Part shown: one piece after another, positions 1 to 13,490 of the stretch
Numbering within the stretch: position 1 is the stretch's first letter
Layout of the letters: each line of letters begins with the position of its first letter
From: Chiloscyllium plagiosum
Lineage: Eukaryota
Reading direction: 5' to 3'
Length of the DNA stretch: 64,000 bases
Assembly: GCF_004010195.1 (NCBI RefSeq)
Contig: NC_057718.1
Span: forward strand, 45,486,717-45,550,716
The notes under the pieces: model-generated
The model's database searches: none
What the model saw: the letters and a program-made list of their open reading frames with translations, nothing else
Told to the model about the DNA's origin: nothing
Made by a program: the position numbers and the translations under genes

Positions 1-899
1 AATTTCATTGAGAGTTAAATACTGAGAGGGTGACATTGGTCTGTACCAGAGAGATGGGTTTGGAACAAATCGGCAGTCTTATATTTTATATTCCATTTCC
101 TGGAAAAGTATTGTGAAGAATTTTAATTTCAAACCAAATAAAATCAACATTGAGACTATGGAACAATTCTCCAAAAATAGGTTGAACTAATGTCTTTTGA
201 ACTTTTCTGGAAAGTGTTGCGGAAACACAAATAATTGCTGATTAGCTCTGAGCCTGTCACATGATTGTCATAGACTAATTTTACACCCAAATCTTCTTGG
301 ACAAAAGTATTGTGCAATTTGGATGTTTAGTATTTATTTGTTTAATAAATGCATTTTTAAAAAATGTATTCCATTCACACAAATCTTGAATCAAATATAT
401 CATGTCAGATAATTGCAAAATGTATAGCTTCGTCCTTATTGAATTAAACTGGAAAGACACCAAGATGTCAGGATAGATGAGATTAAAATAAATATTTTAG
501 CTTTCTTCCATAATCCATAGTACATAAAAAATAAAAGCAATATTTTCATTACAAACAACATCGGATAAGACAGACAGGAAAAGGCTCAAAAGCTAAACCA
601 AATGAAATGAAGTAAAATTATACCACTCCGAAGTGGGGAAAAAAAGTAACTTTTCAGGTTGTCTCCGTGTGTAACTGTGTTGTTGAAAGATTGTGTGGGT
701 CAAACTACCTTAGAAGATTTGTCGAGAGCTTGTTTTCCAGCTTGTGGTATCAATCCATCTATTGCCTCTGTACCATGTTAGTTAGTAGCAAATATGATAA
801 AATACTCCCTCTATGCCTGCTGTTTATGCAATTACTCTTTATTTTCAAGACATTGTATGGAACTCCACTAATATCGCATTTGTTTCCATGGAAATGCAG

Positions 900-1118
900 T
901 GTAGAATGCTGGAAAAAAAGCTGGAAGAGGATATGGTGTTTACAGAATATGAACAGATCCCAAAGAAGATGGTAGATGGTGTTTTCACCACAGCAACTCT
1001 TCCAGAAAATGCAGAACGGAATCGTTTCAGGGATGTTGTTCCATATGAGGAGAACAGGGTGGAACTTGTGCCAACCAAAGAAAACAATACTGGCTATGTC
1101 AATGCCTCCCACATCAAG
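900..1118 (+). CDS. PTPN14: PTPN14 internal coding exon, start of PTP domain ([23 protein letters not shown]...[33 protein letters not shown])
   Basis: Acceptor cag at 897-899, donor gtgaga at 1119; 219 nt, phase 0/0; closely matches the human PTPN14 segment [18 protein letters not shown]...[25 protein letters not shown] as recalled. Confidence 0.95.
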
Positions 1119-4100
1119 GTGAGAATGTTTTTCAAGAATAAGGCTTTGGCAATGTGCCAATTTATATTTCCATAAATTACAGTAAATGTTATATTAGAAC
1201 TTCTAAATATATCATGGTCAGACAAGAGCCTCAACTTGTGCTGTACATTTAAAAACATTTGTTTTATTTTTGATCATGTATATTTTTGAACAATAGTTGT
1301 GAAGTAATGTCTGAAATGATATTTCATAAAGAATCAGATTATCACATTTTTGTAGTCATGAGTTGAATCACCATCATTTCATTGCCCCATACTGATGTTG
1401 GTAACTGTTTCAAAGTTTGATGGATTAGGGTCTGTTCATGTTCAATAGTGGCTCTTTTGCTTATGCATCCTGAATACATAATATTCTGTTAAATAGGTGG
1501 GCAGTTCCAAAAATATTTTATTAACTGGTGGATTGCTGGAATTACATCCCCTCAGGCGGCTTTATTTTTATTTGAGCATTCACTTGTGGTTTTTATTTCG
1601 AGTGAAAGTTGTGCACCTTCAGTCATGACAAAAGTCCTTAATTTTTAGAAATCTATTCTTAAACATAGATACAATAAATCTTACCCTCTGAAAAGACTGT
1701 ATTACCAAGGGGTAGGCCTGTGACCTGAAACCAGCAGCTGAGTGATTTGTAGAATGAATTTTAATGGGTCCCAAACACTACACAGTGTTTCTGCTTTCCT
1801 CATTTTTGTTATATCTGTGAAAGTGTTTGCTGTCTATTAATTGTTGTCCCAACAGCTAGAGGCTAACAGTCTTTAGGTTACTGCTGCACATAGACATTTA
1901 CACTGCAGTCAATGATGCTTTGTATTGTAATGGATCCTACTCCTTGAACTCACATATTTCCCATATTTTGTCAATCTCACAAAATGCTGTTGATCTTGTA
2001 CTTAAAAGCAACTGATAAAGTTGCACTATTTAGCAACAAAAACTGCCAACAGTAGACCTTCATAAGAACAATGATTCCAGCTGTAGAGAGCAACAAAATG
2101 ATTTCACTGGTTCTCAGTCCTATCCAGACATTATAAAAATGGCAGTACTCCATGTAACATTGCACGGTACATCAAAGCAAAACCTCACAATTTATATTTA
2201 TGTGACACAATTGTAGGTGCATTTTAAACTGTCGTCAGGAAGGTTCTTCTACAATTCCTTCATAAGCAGCACTGTGATTAACCCAAATGTCATTAGTCCA
2301 GTAATAGCAGAGAACTGCTATTTTGGGACCTTAGGAACCATGGATGTGAATGCCTATTCTGTTTTTGGCTAACATCAGGTGTAAAACTCTGTCCTGAAAC
2401 TGGCACAAGTTAAAAATATGTTGCCTAAATCCTTTTATTGCTGTGGTTCTGTAACTTCTGTTCAATTTACTCAGATGCAAAACTTGATCAAATGAACTAA
2501 TGTCTCAAAATTGGTTAACTATCTGATATTGTGTTAACTTACAAAGCAGGCAAAGAGATCATTATATTGAATATACCTTCAAGTGAGATACAGTGATTCA
2601 TAATCACTGAAGGTCTTAACTGCATGTTTGCCACACAGACTGTTAACAAATAGAACATGAAACATAAATTTAAAAACTTTCTTTGTGTTCTTAACTTCAA
2701 CTTACATTGGTACTTTATATTGCTTGGCCCACAAAGTAGGAGGCAGGTCTTAAGCTGCTAGTTACCACTTAAGGGTGTACTTTGATTGGACTGGTTTCAG
2801 TCAAAGGTATGTTATCAACCTTTACTTTTGTACTACTAAACACCCAATATTTCATCTTATCTATTTATCTATACTGTTGATAAAACTAGAATCATTCCTG
2901 TTTGTATTATGTTATGCCAACATCCTACTCATGAAAGCCTTTTTGCCATCTCTACATATGACATTCAGTATATATATTACTTCAATGGATTCTGTGAACC
3001 ACTATCCCATAGAGAATGAAAATAGATTAATAACATTGTTGTGTTGTTGAATAACATATGCTGTTTAATAAAGCCAGAAACTTTCCCATTTTAAAGAGGG
3101 AATATTATTCTGCAATATTAACGCCAATTAAACAAAAGGAGTCTGTTAATACAGCAGATATTGTGCAGAATTTAATCACTCCCTCTCCTGGAAGTGGGCT
3201 CAGAGGTTGGGGAGGGGCCTTTGGATTGGACATGAGGGTGTGAGACATGGACCACAGCACCTTAATTCCTCCACTCTGTCAGTCTCAGGATGGGAGGCTG
3301 GAGGATGACCTCCTTGCCTCAACAAGGCCAATTGAGTGGGTCTTAAGTAGCCACTTTCTGGAAGCAGACAGGGACTTGTCATAAAAGGAGACTATACCAT
3401 TTCCCTGCTGCCTCAGTGCAGTAGGTCCTTTGTTCTCAGGCGTTCAGTCTAGTTGAGGGCCACCACATCAAGATAGGAGTTTCTTTGAAAGCAACCAACC
3501 TACTTTTGCTTTTGACCCTCATTACCTCCAAATCACTGCTCGAAGCCTTCTCCCAGCAGACCTCAGCTTATCGACAATCACCTCTATCTGGGGATCCAGC
3601 CACAGTCCTGGAGTTCGGCACAAGTGTTTTACTAGCAGTGGTCCTGTTCCTGGTGACACTGTTGGTATTGGAGATCTGCAAGCCTCTAACCCACAATGCT
3701 TAGAGGTGGGATTTGTGCCTTACTGGGAACTTGATCACGTATGGCGTTGAACACTGTCCTGGTACAAGATTAGAGAGGTGCTGGCAAAGCAGGTCAGGCA
3801 GCATCCTGTCCTGGTACAGTATACGCCAAATTGTCTGGCTATTGCATCTGGTCTCCCAGAAATAAGTGCTGCAGGATTCCTCAATTTTTTTTTAAGCAGT
3901 GTGAGATTCATGCCCCCAACTCTGGCCCAACCATGGGTCAGTATTAAATTCTGCCTGTCTGCTGGATGTAGGCTGGCTATTCAATAACCAGCAACTCATC
4001 AGGATGCCAGCATCACAAGAACACTGCTTGTTGCATGCAGTGTCGTGTTTCATTATCATTTGCCATGTGACATTTCTGAGCTCATATGCCAGCAGTCACA

Positions 4101-4424
4101 AATTCCAGCTCATTTTATCTTCTGGTCCCATGCCTACTAGGAAGAGGAGTTAATCACCGCAACTCAATCTACACAAAGGACCGCTGTAGCCAATAAGTTA
4201 GAAAGGTTTATTTCATCAACCTGCATTACATTCTGATCCAGGCGCCAAAGTTAGCAAACTGATGTGCTCACGTATTGTGCTGCACAGTCTTTCAAGAATA
4301 TTACTTTTTTAAACAGTTAGTGTGCTTTTTGCACTTGGAATGGGGTAATCCTTTTGAAGCATATAATGGAGAATACTAACTAATGCAGACTGTTTGTTTA
4401 TACATTCTTGTGGTTTCTAATTGA

Positions 4425-4592
<168 letters not shown>

Positions 4593-5552
4593 TAGGACAC
4601 TGTGCAGGAAATTGTTGAATTCAATATTCATTTTGCTCTTACGGCCGCCTGTTGATGGGTATATATGCGTGATGGTTTGAAGACATTCAACTCACTTGGA
4701 ATAGTTTCTCATTGTGTTGTCTCAAGTACAGAAAGCACCATATCCAACATAAGTAAAACTAATGGATAGAGTGAACTGCTGAGTTTTAGCCACAAGAATG
4801 GTACAAAATTAAATTTCTACTGGGAACATATGACCAGGTATCACATTGCTGCTGCCGTTCTTCGTTTCAAATTTAGAATAAAAAAAAGACTTCATTTAGG
4901 GGAAAGAAGTCATGAAAGTTGAGCAGATTAAGCCCAATTGAAGTGTGAAGATATCAGTATGGACTAACCAAAGTATCTTAAAGAAAAGTTTAAACTAGCC
5001 AGACGGAAAACAACAAATGCTGGAGATCACAGTGGATCAGAGAGCACCCATGGAGAGAGAGCAAGCTAACATTTTGAGTCTAGATGACTCTTCATGACAT
5101 GAAGTGTGGAGGGGGCAGCATTTATGCTGTAGTTAGGGGCATGCAGGTTGGAGTGTGGAGTGCTGGAGGAGAAAGAATATTGGAAGTTCAGATTAAGTGA
5201 TCAGAATGTGAGAATGGCAGAACAATGGTGTGTCTAACTGCCAGACTGGAAAGAGAAGACAGTTCCACTGGGGTGGGGGGAGGGGAGAGCGGACATGATG
5301 ATGGAGAATGTAACAAGTAAATCTAAAGGAAAGGAAAGAAATGGGAGTTGGTTCACAATTTGAAGGTGTTGAACTCGATATTAAGTCTAGAAGGCTGTAA
5401 AGTGCCTAGTCTGAAGATGAGATGTTGTCCCTCCAGTTCGTGCTGTGATTCATTGGAACTCTACAGCGTGCTGAGGACAGAGAAGTGAGCATGTGAGCAG
5501 GACGCTATGTTAATATTACGGAAAGGTTGGGGTCAGGCTTGTGCACAGACCA

Positions 5553-5861
5553 GAGGTGTTCTGCAGAGCAGTCACCCAGTCTGTGTTTGGTTTCTCCAAT
5601 GTAGGCCACATTGGATTCAGTAAATACAATACAGAAAACTGAAGGAAGTACAGTTGAAATTACTGCTTCACCTGGAAGACTGTTTAGGTCGTTGGATAGT
5701 TAGCGAGGTGTTCTGCAGAGCAGTCACCCAGTCTGTGTTTGGTTTCTCCAAAGTAGAGTAGGCCACATTGGATTCAGTAAATACAATACAGAAAACTGAA
5801 GGAAGTACAGATGAAATTACTGCTTCACCTGGAAGACTGTTTAGGTCGTTGGATAGTTAGC
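5553..5861. repeat. Tandem direct duplication (152 + 157 bp) inside the PLE
   Basis: gaggtgttctgcagagcagtc...ggatagttagc at 5553-5704 repeats at 5705-5861 with a 5-bp indel and few substitutions. Confidence 0.95.
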
Positions 5862-6066
5862 AGGGAGGAGGTGAAGAGGCAGGTGTTGCACCTTCTGCGG
5901 TTACATGGGAAGGTGCCAGGGGGCAAGGGGGTGGTGTTTGTGGTTGATGAGTGGACTAGGATGTCCCAGAGGAAATGATCTCTGTGAAATGCAGATGAGG
6001 GAGTGAGGAGAAGATGTGTTTGGTGGTGACATTCTGCTGGAGTTGTCTGAAATGGCAGAGCATGAT

Positions 6067-6411
6067 GGCACGGTGGGTGGCACGGTGGCACAGTGGTTAG
6101 CACTGCTGCCTCACAGTGCCAGAGACCCGGGTTCAATTCCCGACTCAGGCGACTAACTGTGGAGTTTGCACATTCTCCCCGTGTCTGCGTGGGTTTCCTC
6201 CGGGTGCTCCGGTTTCCTCCCACAGTCCAAAGATGTGCAGGTCAGGTGAATTGGCCATGCTAAATTGCCCGTAGTGTTAGGTGCAGAGGTAAATGTAGGG
6301 GAATGGGTGGGTTACGCTTCGGCGGGTCGGTGTGGACTTGTTGGGCCGAAGGGCCTGTTTCCACACTGTAAGTAATCTAATCTAAAAAGTAATCTAATCT
6401 TATCTAATCTA
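6067..6411 (+). mobile_element. tRNA-derived V-SINE (shark HE1-like), nested in the PLE
   Basis: A box TGGCACAGTGG, B box GGTTCAATTCC, V-domain CTGCGTGGGTTTCCTCCGGGTGCTCCGGTTTCCTCCCACA, (AATCT)n tail, flanking ATGAT duplication. Confidence 0.9.
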
Positions 6412-8404
6412 ATGATCCTTTGAATACGGAGGCTGATGGGATGAAAAGTGAGGATAAGGGGGGACCCAATCACACTGTTGTGAGTGATGGGAAGAGGCAA
6501 GGGTGGAGGTACAGCTGATAGGTCAGATGCACGGATGATAGGTCAGATGCGATTGAGGACCTTGCCAGTGACCAGGAAACCACAGTTATGGAGGAAGCAA
6601 GCCATGTCAATGGCGTTGTTTTGGAAGGTGGCATCATCTGAACAAATGCGATGTAGGCAAAGGGACTGGGAGAATGGGGTGGAGTCCTTGCAGGATGTAG
6701 GGTGTGACAAGCTATTGTGAAGGTAGCTATGGAAGTCAGTGACTTTATAGTGAATGGACATGGACAGTTTATTCCCCAAATTGGAGACAGAGAGGTCAAG
6801 GAAAGGAAGGGATGTGCCGGAAATGGACGATGTGAAAGTTATAAAGGGGTGGAAATTGGAGGCAAAATGAACAAATCGTTCAAGGCCCTGGCAGGAGCAT
6901 GAAGTGGTACCAAAACAGTCGTCCGGTACCAAACAAAGAGTTATAGGAGGGGACTGGAACAAGGATTGTTCCACATACCCCATAAAGAGGCAAGACATAA
7001 CTGGCAATCATGTGGGTGCCCATTGACACTCCTTTGACTTGGCCGAAGTGAGATGAAATAAAGGAGATATTTTTAATGAGAGAACAGGTTCAGCCAGACA
7101 GAGGAGAGTCGGGGTGGATGGGGATTGCTGAGGCCTCTGGTTGAGGAAGAAGCTGAGAGCTCTCAGACCATCCTGGTGGGGGCTGGAGGGATAGAGGGAT
7201 TGGATAACCGTAGTGAACAGGAGGCAGTTAGGGCCCAGCAACTGGAAGCTGTCAATATGGTGGAGGAGATCAGAGTAATCGCAGATGTAGGTGGGCAGGG
7301 TCTGGACAAGGGGGAAATGATGGAGTCAGGGTAGGAAGAAGTGAGCTTGGTGGGGCAGAAACAGGCTGACATAATTGGCCTACCAGGGGCAAACTGCTTT
7401 GTGGATTTTGAGAAGGAGGTAGGAACAGGCTGTCTGGGATTGGGAGACTATAATGTTGGAGGCAGCGGAGGGGGGGAGGTTTTGTGGAGGTAATGAGGTC
7501 AGTGACAATCTTGACAACAATGGCTTGATGTTTGGATGTGGGATAAACAAGCCAGGTTTAATACTAATCTCCAGTATCAAATTCAAGTAAATCAGAAACA
7601 AAAACAAGTACATCAGATATTGATGGTGACTGTCCATTATATTTCTACTCAGTGGTATATATGGAGCATCATATGGGCCAAAGCAGTATGCAGACCTAAT
7701 GTCACCTATCACTTTTGAATTTTGAAACCTGAACCATTAGTTTCATGCCTGCTGTTTTAAAACTATATGGTAGCTTCTGTCATGTAGTGTTGCTGTTGGT
7801 CAGGAGTTTTATGGAAGACTTGTATGGTGAGGAACCTGTGGAGAATGAAGGTAGATGATCACTTCTTGTTCCAGTCTCCATAAATCTGAACCACATTAAA
7901 TCTTTCACTAATGCATGTCGTCAGTAACAACATGACCCAGGGGATAATTTACAATCCCTAGAAAGGGAGGAGGCAAATTGGTATGATGATTCCTTTCAGT
8001 GTGTTAATTGCACATTCCTCCTTCAAATACTCAAGCTATTTCGCTGCTGATCCTCATTCTTCTGTCAAATTGATCATGTAGCCCACTTATACTGCCACTG
8101 TGACAGATTTTTGTTTCCTAATTTTCATTCAGGTGGTCTTGGTGAACTCATTCTTCCTGTGAATAAAATTATATCATTGCTCTGATATTTTAGAAGTAAA
8201 CTGTCACAGGAAACAGGATTTTGTCCATTCTTTTACCGTAATCTTAGTATGAAAAAGTTGCGTTTGTTCTTTCTACATGGAGATTGGTGATGTGTAAAGG
8301 GACTCTGCTTGAAGGAAATTATCATTGATTATATCTTTTCTTCTAAAATGAAAACCCTGAAATTAAGCTTTCTAACATTAATAAACTTAACCTTTGTCAC
8401 TTAG

Positions 8405-8639
8405 GAGGGAGGAAAACCAAAGACTCATCGATACTGGCCCAAACTGGGTTCAAAGCACAGCTCAGCAACTTATGGGAAGTTTAAGGTGACAACCAAATTC
8501 CGCACAGATTCTGGTTGCTATGCAACAACAGGTTTAAAGGTCAAGCACCTTTTATCTGGACAGGAGAGAACTGTGTGGCACTTGCAATACACAGACTGGC
8601 CAGACCATGGCTGTCCAGAAGATGTACAGGGTTTTTTAT
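8405..8639 (+). CDS. PTPN14: PTPN14 coding exon with WPD loop ([28 protein letters not shown]...[20 protein letters not shown])
   Basis: cacttag|gag...ttttta t|gtaagt; 235 nt, ends phase 1; WPDHG (PTPN21 has WPEHG). Confidence 0.96.
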
Positions 8640-9155
8640 GTAAGTATCACAATACCCATGATCATATATTACATTGTGTGTCAAACAGAGTAAAGCATTA
8701 ACTTTATCATTTCAAGAATGGTTTTGTAAATAGGCCTCAATTAGAATCCAGTGCGAAGCATTTGTATACTAAACATCACTGTTTGCTTTAAAGCAGCGAT
8801 ATTTATATATAATAATATTTAAGCTGTGGCCTATGTACAGCTGGCAACCTGATTCAAGTAACCGACAGACTGCAGTTTTACTTACCAGTTACTAACCCAC
8901 TTAAATGTTGAACGGCTGGATTTTGGGAAAAATGCTGTTCTTAGACTTGATGATGGATAAATTCTAATTTGGCCTGGTTAGCTAAAGTTAATCAAGAAAC
9001 ATGTAAGTTAATAGCAAATAGATCTATATTTTATGTATGACCGTTTAGACTCCATGGCAAATACTGACCTGTGACAAAGTCAAATAAAAACTTTGAACAT
9101 TTATGCTTCAAAATTCGAGACACAGCCACATTACCCTACATTACAATTTGTTGTT

Positions 9156-9468
9156 CATAGAATCCCTACAGTGGAAACAGGCCATTCAGCCTGACAAGTC
9201 CACTCCAATTCTCTGAAGAGCATCCCAACCAGACTCATCCCCCACTAGCCTATCCCTGTAACCCTACATTTCCCAGACTATTCCTGGACACAATAGAAAA
9301 TTAGCATGGTACAATCCACTTAACCTGCACATCCTTGAATTTTGGGGGGAACGCATGCAGACAGGGGAACATGTGCAAACTCTACACAGACAGTCGCCTG
9401 AGGCCGGAATTGAACCCAGGTCCCTGTTGCTGTGAGGCAGCAGTGCTGACCACTGAACCACCATGCAC
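9156..9468 (-). mobile_element. HE1-like SINE, diverged
   Basis: Reverse complement of the same head, V-domain and tail (GGTTCAATTCC B box). Confidence 0.85.
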
Positions 9469-11892
9469 CTCCCCCCTCCAGAACATTTGAATTTCTGGTA
9501 TCTCTCAGGAAATGCCAACTTTAGTTCATGGTTTAGACAAGGTTTCTAGAACTTGCAAAGTCAAATGTTGTGCTTACTCACAATTGTAACAACAAGGTAT
9601 AGGATTTTTCTTGATACCATCTCAAATTGATCTTAGAGACAGAACTCGGCAAAACTCCAGAGTTAAGTAATTTGATAACTATACTTCATCCCCAAGTACA
9701 CATAACCACAATGAGTCTTAGGAATATCATTAAATGATACACCATCTTTTCTTTTTAAAATGGTTATTCCTTTCATATGGGAATGATATAATTAAAAAAT
9801 TGCTGTAAATCATTTTAAAATTAGAGGATGTCGCATAAGGAAGGATGGTTCATATAATTCCATGCCAGGAATGTTATATAGGTGGTCTTGATTGTGAATG
9901 ACATTACTGCTTGCCTAATTGTGCAGTAGAAATAGATTCATTATTTTAGATACGATTTAACATTTAATTGCTGGTTTTCAAAGGCTATTATAAGAACTTA
10001 GTACAAGCAAATATTTATAAGCTAAACAGGATTTAATGTTTTTAGGACAACTGAAAATGCAAATAAATCCTACCATACCAGTATGAGCCAGTTGTGAAAT
10101 GCAAAGAATAAGCAAAACACAAGTCTTAAAGTATTCAATCAATTAATTTTCTCTTCCGAATAATCATTTGTGTGAACTCTGAATTTTATTCTCATTCTCT
10201 GAAACCTGCACCTTCCTGTAGACATATCGAGCTGGATTTTCATCAAGAAGATGAATAAACTGGAGTCAGGAGAAGTCTAGACCCCACAAATCCATTCCCA
10301 ATAAGAAAATCTCAACATACCATATTTTCATTCCAGGACCACTCTCAGCCGAGGCAGGCCTGAGGTGGCAGTGTAGGATGGGGAGGCTAGCACGCTAGAA
10401 GATTTGCTTTATTAGTAGGATATCAGCACAGCTGATCATCAATTTAAGTCCTTATCGATGGGACTGTCCATGCCCCAGTGTTCCTCTTGCATCCACTATG
10501 TTCACTCTCCCCATAATCTACTATATACACCAGAAATGAGCCATTGACAAGTCTAAAAGGTTCTTGAAATGCACATGAAATTGACATAATAAACAAAAAT
10601 TGTCCTAAAAACATCAAATCAGCAGTTTTGAAAATTTGCTGAAAGCAAGGACAGCTAATCTTGCATCTTTGAAAAGGTCAATCAACCACAGCACGGGAGC
10701 AATGACTAAAAAAGCTTTTATTCATTTTACCTTTTAATCTTCTATAAATAAACACAGGCATTGAAAAACCTCTGAAAGAATAAATTATTGCAAGGATGTA
10801 GGTAGTAAATAGCTTCCAGCCCCTTCTCTTTGGCTATTAATATTATTTGCTGAGCTAAGTGGATATGTAATTTTTAAAGCTCAGCCACACATTCATAATG
10901 AGGCCATCTGACAACTTTATTCACATAAAGGCAGATAGATAGGTGGGTATAACATCTGTTTTTACAGATGATGGAACATTACAAGTGTGCCAGAGATGAA
11001 AACCTGATAAAGCCAGAGATTCTCAGCCCTAAATATTTACCTGTGTACATGACCAATCATCACATGCTTTACCCATTTTCAAATATTTTGAAAGAATAAA
11101 TTACTGATGATAATCAAGTTGTTATGCCATGACGTAAAGAAGCTGCCTTGAGATGAACAGCTCTCTTGATATGACAGAGAAATACACTGCAGTTCACCTG
11201 AATACACTGAATGCCCTGCTGTTGTTCCAAATTCATATATGCACTCATTTGCACATCATACGAAAATATTTATAACAAATTCACTCAAAAAACCTAAAGA
11301 CTGAACTTCAGTTTTAAATATTGTTAACTGAACCCTGCATTATAGCTTCATCCTTGGAAGATACAATCTAAAACCAGCTGTCAAATATAGCATGCAGGAT
11401 ATAGAGAAAAATTCAGCTCCCTATCGGATTCCTATCACTGGGCTAACCATGGCTTTGTGTATAAACTCTTCTGTCCTTGAAATTCAAGGCATTTCACATA
11501 ATCTGCTCTAGAACGCCAACTGTTGGATTGCAACCATCTGAATTCATCGTCACTTCATTGAATGATATTGCTGTAGACAAGAGTTTAATGCTAATAAAAT
11601 ACCCTAAATTGTCATTAAACATTTGCCTTCACAAACTACTTTCAGTTACTGGAAAGATGCTCTTGAAAGGAGGTGTTGTGTAGGGGATAGGATTGCAGTG
11701 ATGCGAAGAGATGCTAATAGGTAAAGAATCTGGGTGGAAGAACACTAAATCATAATTTATATTCAGGATTTCAGGCATTTTTTACTAAATTATAACCAGT
11801 TTAACTGTTTCATCCTCCTGGAGGTCATTTTTGCATGTTGACAGAGCCAAGTTTGTTTGTTACCATTAGTCCTTTCTGTTTTAATTTTACAG

Positions 11893-12056
11893 CTTATCTC
11901 GAAGAAATTCAGTCTGTCCGTCGACACACCAACAGCATGCTGGATTCTACCAAGAGCTGCAACCCACCAATAGTTGTGCATTGCAGTGCAGGAGCTGGAC
12001 GAACAGGAGTGGTGATTCTAACAGAAGTTATGGTTGGTTGTCTGGAGCATAATGAG
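11893..12056 (+). CDS. PTPN14: PTPN14 coding exon with catalytic P-loop ([55 protein letters not shown])
   Basis: ttttacag|ct tat...aat gag|gtgaat; 164 nt, completes the phase-1 Ser codon; HCSAGxGRTG signature. Confidence 0.96.
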
Positions 12057-12307
12057 GTGAATGCAACAGATGGTTTTGAAAATGCATTTGATAAACTTCT
12101 TGATCCATGGTGTGCTAGTTAGCAGTTAATTTGTCAAGTGCAAATGTCTTCATCAAATTTTACACAATATTTCCAAACCATGTATGTTGCATAAAAATGG
12201 AATATGCTATTGTTGGGTTCTACTTCCTGACAAGTCGAGATAGACTGAAGATAGGCGGAGAACGTTGACCACTCTTCTTCTGCAGTGGCATCAGTACTTT
12301 GTACTTT

Positions 12308-12633
12308 TAGATTAGATTACATTACAGTGTGGAAACAGGCCCTTCGGCCCAACAAGTCCACACCGACCCGCCGAAGCGCAACCCACCCATACCCATACCC
12401 ATACCCCGACATTTACCCCCTAACCTAACACTACGGGCAATTTAGCATGGTCAACTCACCTAACCTGCACATCTTTGTGACAGTGGGAGGAAACCGGAGC
12501 ACCCGGAGGAAACCCACGCAGACACGGGGAGAACGTGCAAACTCCACACAGAGAGTCGCCTGAGGCGGGAATTGAACCCGGATCTCTGGCGCTGTGAGGC
12601 AGCAGTGCTAACCATTGTGCCACCGTGCCGCCC
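12308..12633 (-). mobile_element. HE1-like SINE, young full-length copy
   Basis: Reverse complement reads GGGCGGCACGGTGGCACAATGGTTAGCACTG...GTAATCTAATCTA. Confidence 0.92.
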
Positions 12634-13490
12634 ACTGTTTTATTAGCTATTTTGTTTGCCTGCAATCCTGAGCACTGATGCTCTTTTCTGTTGAGTACGA
12701 CTATTCATTGCATGCACTTTTCTAAAGTTAGTATTTTAGTGAGTGAACCTTCTCCATGAATTGGCAATAAGTGTTAGTTTGCCACTGATGCTCAATTCCA
12801 TGAACACTTGTTTTAAAAAAAGCTCTCCACTTTCAACCCATTTTGCATATCAGTTTTCATCTGTTTCTTGACATTTGCATTAAAGTCATTATCTAATATT
12901 AAAATCATCATTTTAGCCCTATTTGTTTTGGAAGATATTGAATTATTATGGAAAATGTTACATTAGGAACTAGCAACAATCATACTAGGTTGAAGTTAAT
13001 TCTTGTTTCTTGGCTTGATGATTCCAGTACACATTTACCAGCTTCCGAACTGGGTAACCAGGATATAACGTAGAAAATCTGAAGAAATTTGTGAAATTGG
13101 AAGCATCAGATTTTTATTGCACATAACATCTCTTACCTATTTGGAAATCAATTAGTACAAATTATGTAGCTAAACCTGTAAACTGCCAACTTAAACCATA
13201 GCTCCTACAAAGGATTGGAGCATCATAGTGCAGTTTTGTCATTGTTGTTAGACCCTTATTATGGATAGAGCTAAAACTAAAAATCCAGGCTAAAATAGTA
13301 AATGTTTATTTTCTGAAGCTAACTGGTTAAGATGGACAAGGAAGCTTATATAGGTAAAAACAATGACTGCAGATGCTGGAAACCAGATTCTGGATTAGTG
13401 GTGCTGGAAGAGCGCAGCAGTTCAGGCAGCATCCAAGGAGCAGTGAAATCGATGTTTCAGGCAAAAGCCCTTCATCAGGAATAAAGGCAG

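Larger units (their letters stand above)
5008..7490 (-). mobile_element. Degenerate Penelope-like retroelement (RT and GIY-YIG remnants) with a nested SINE
   Basis: ORF 6543-7007 has SLPFLDLSV, YKVTDFHSYL and HRICSDDATF; ORF 5825-6223 has GTFPCNRRRCNTC; the terminus at ~5010-5100 resembles the other PLE ends. Confidence 0.8.

Noticed and set aside
813..899. N-terminal part of ORF 813-1175 as a protein start
   Set aside because: Intronic read-through; homology starts at the acceptor at 900 and stops at the donor at 1119
3170..3990. GC-richer intronic block (similar short pieces near 10330-10460 and 54370-54540)
   Set aside because: Looks like an old interspersed repeat, but I cannot define termini or a family from the sequence alone
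5553..5861. CRISPR-like or functional array
   Set aside because: Only two units, no spacers, inside a dead retroelement in a vertebrate genome
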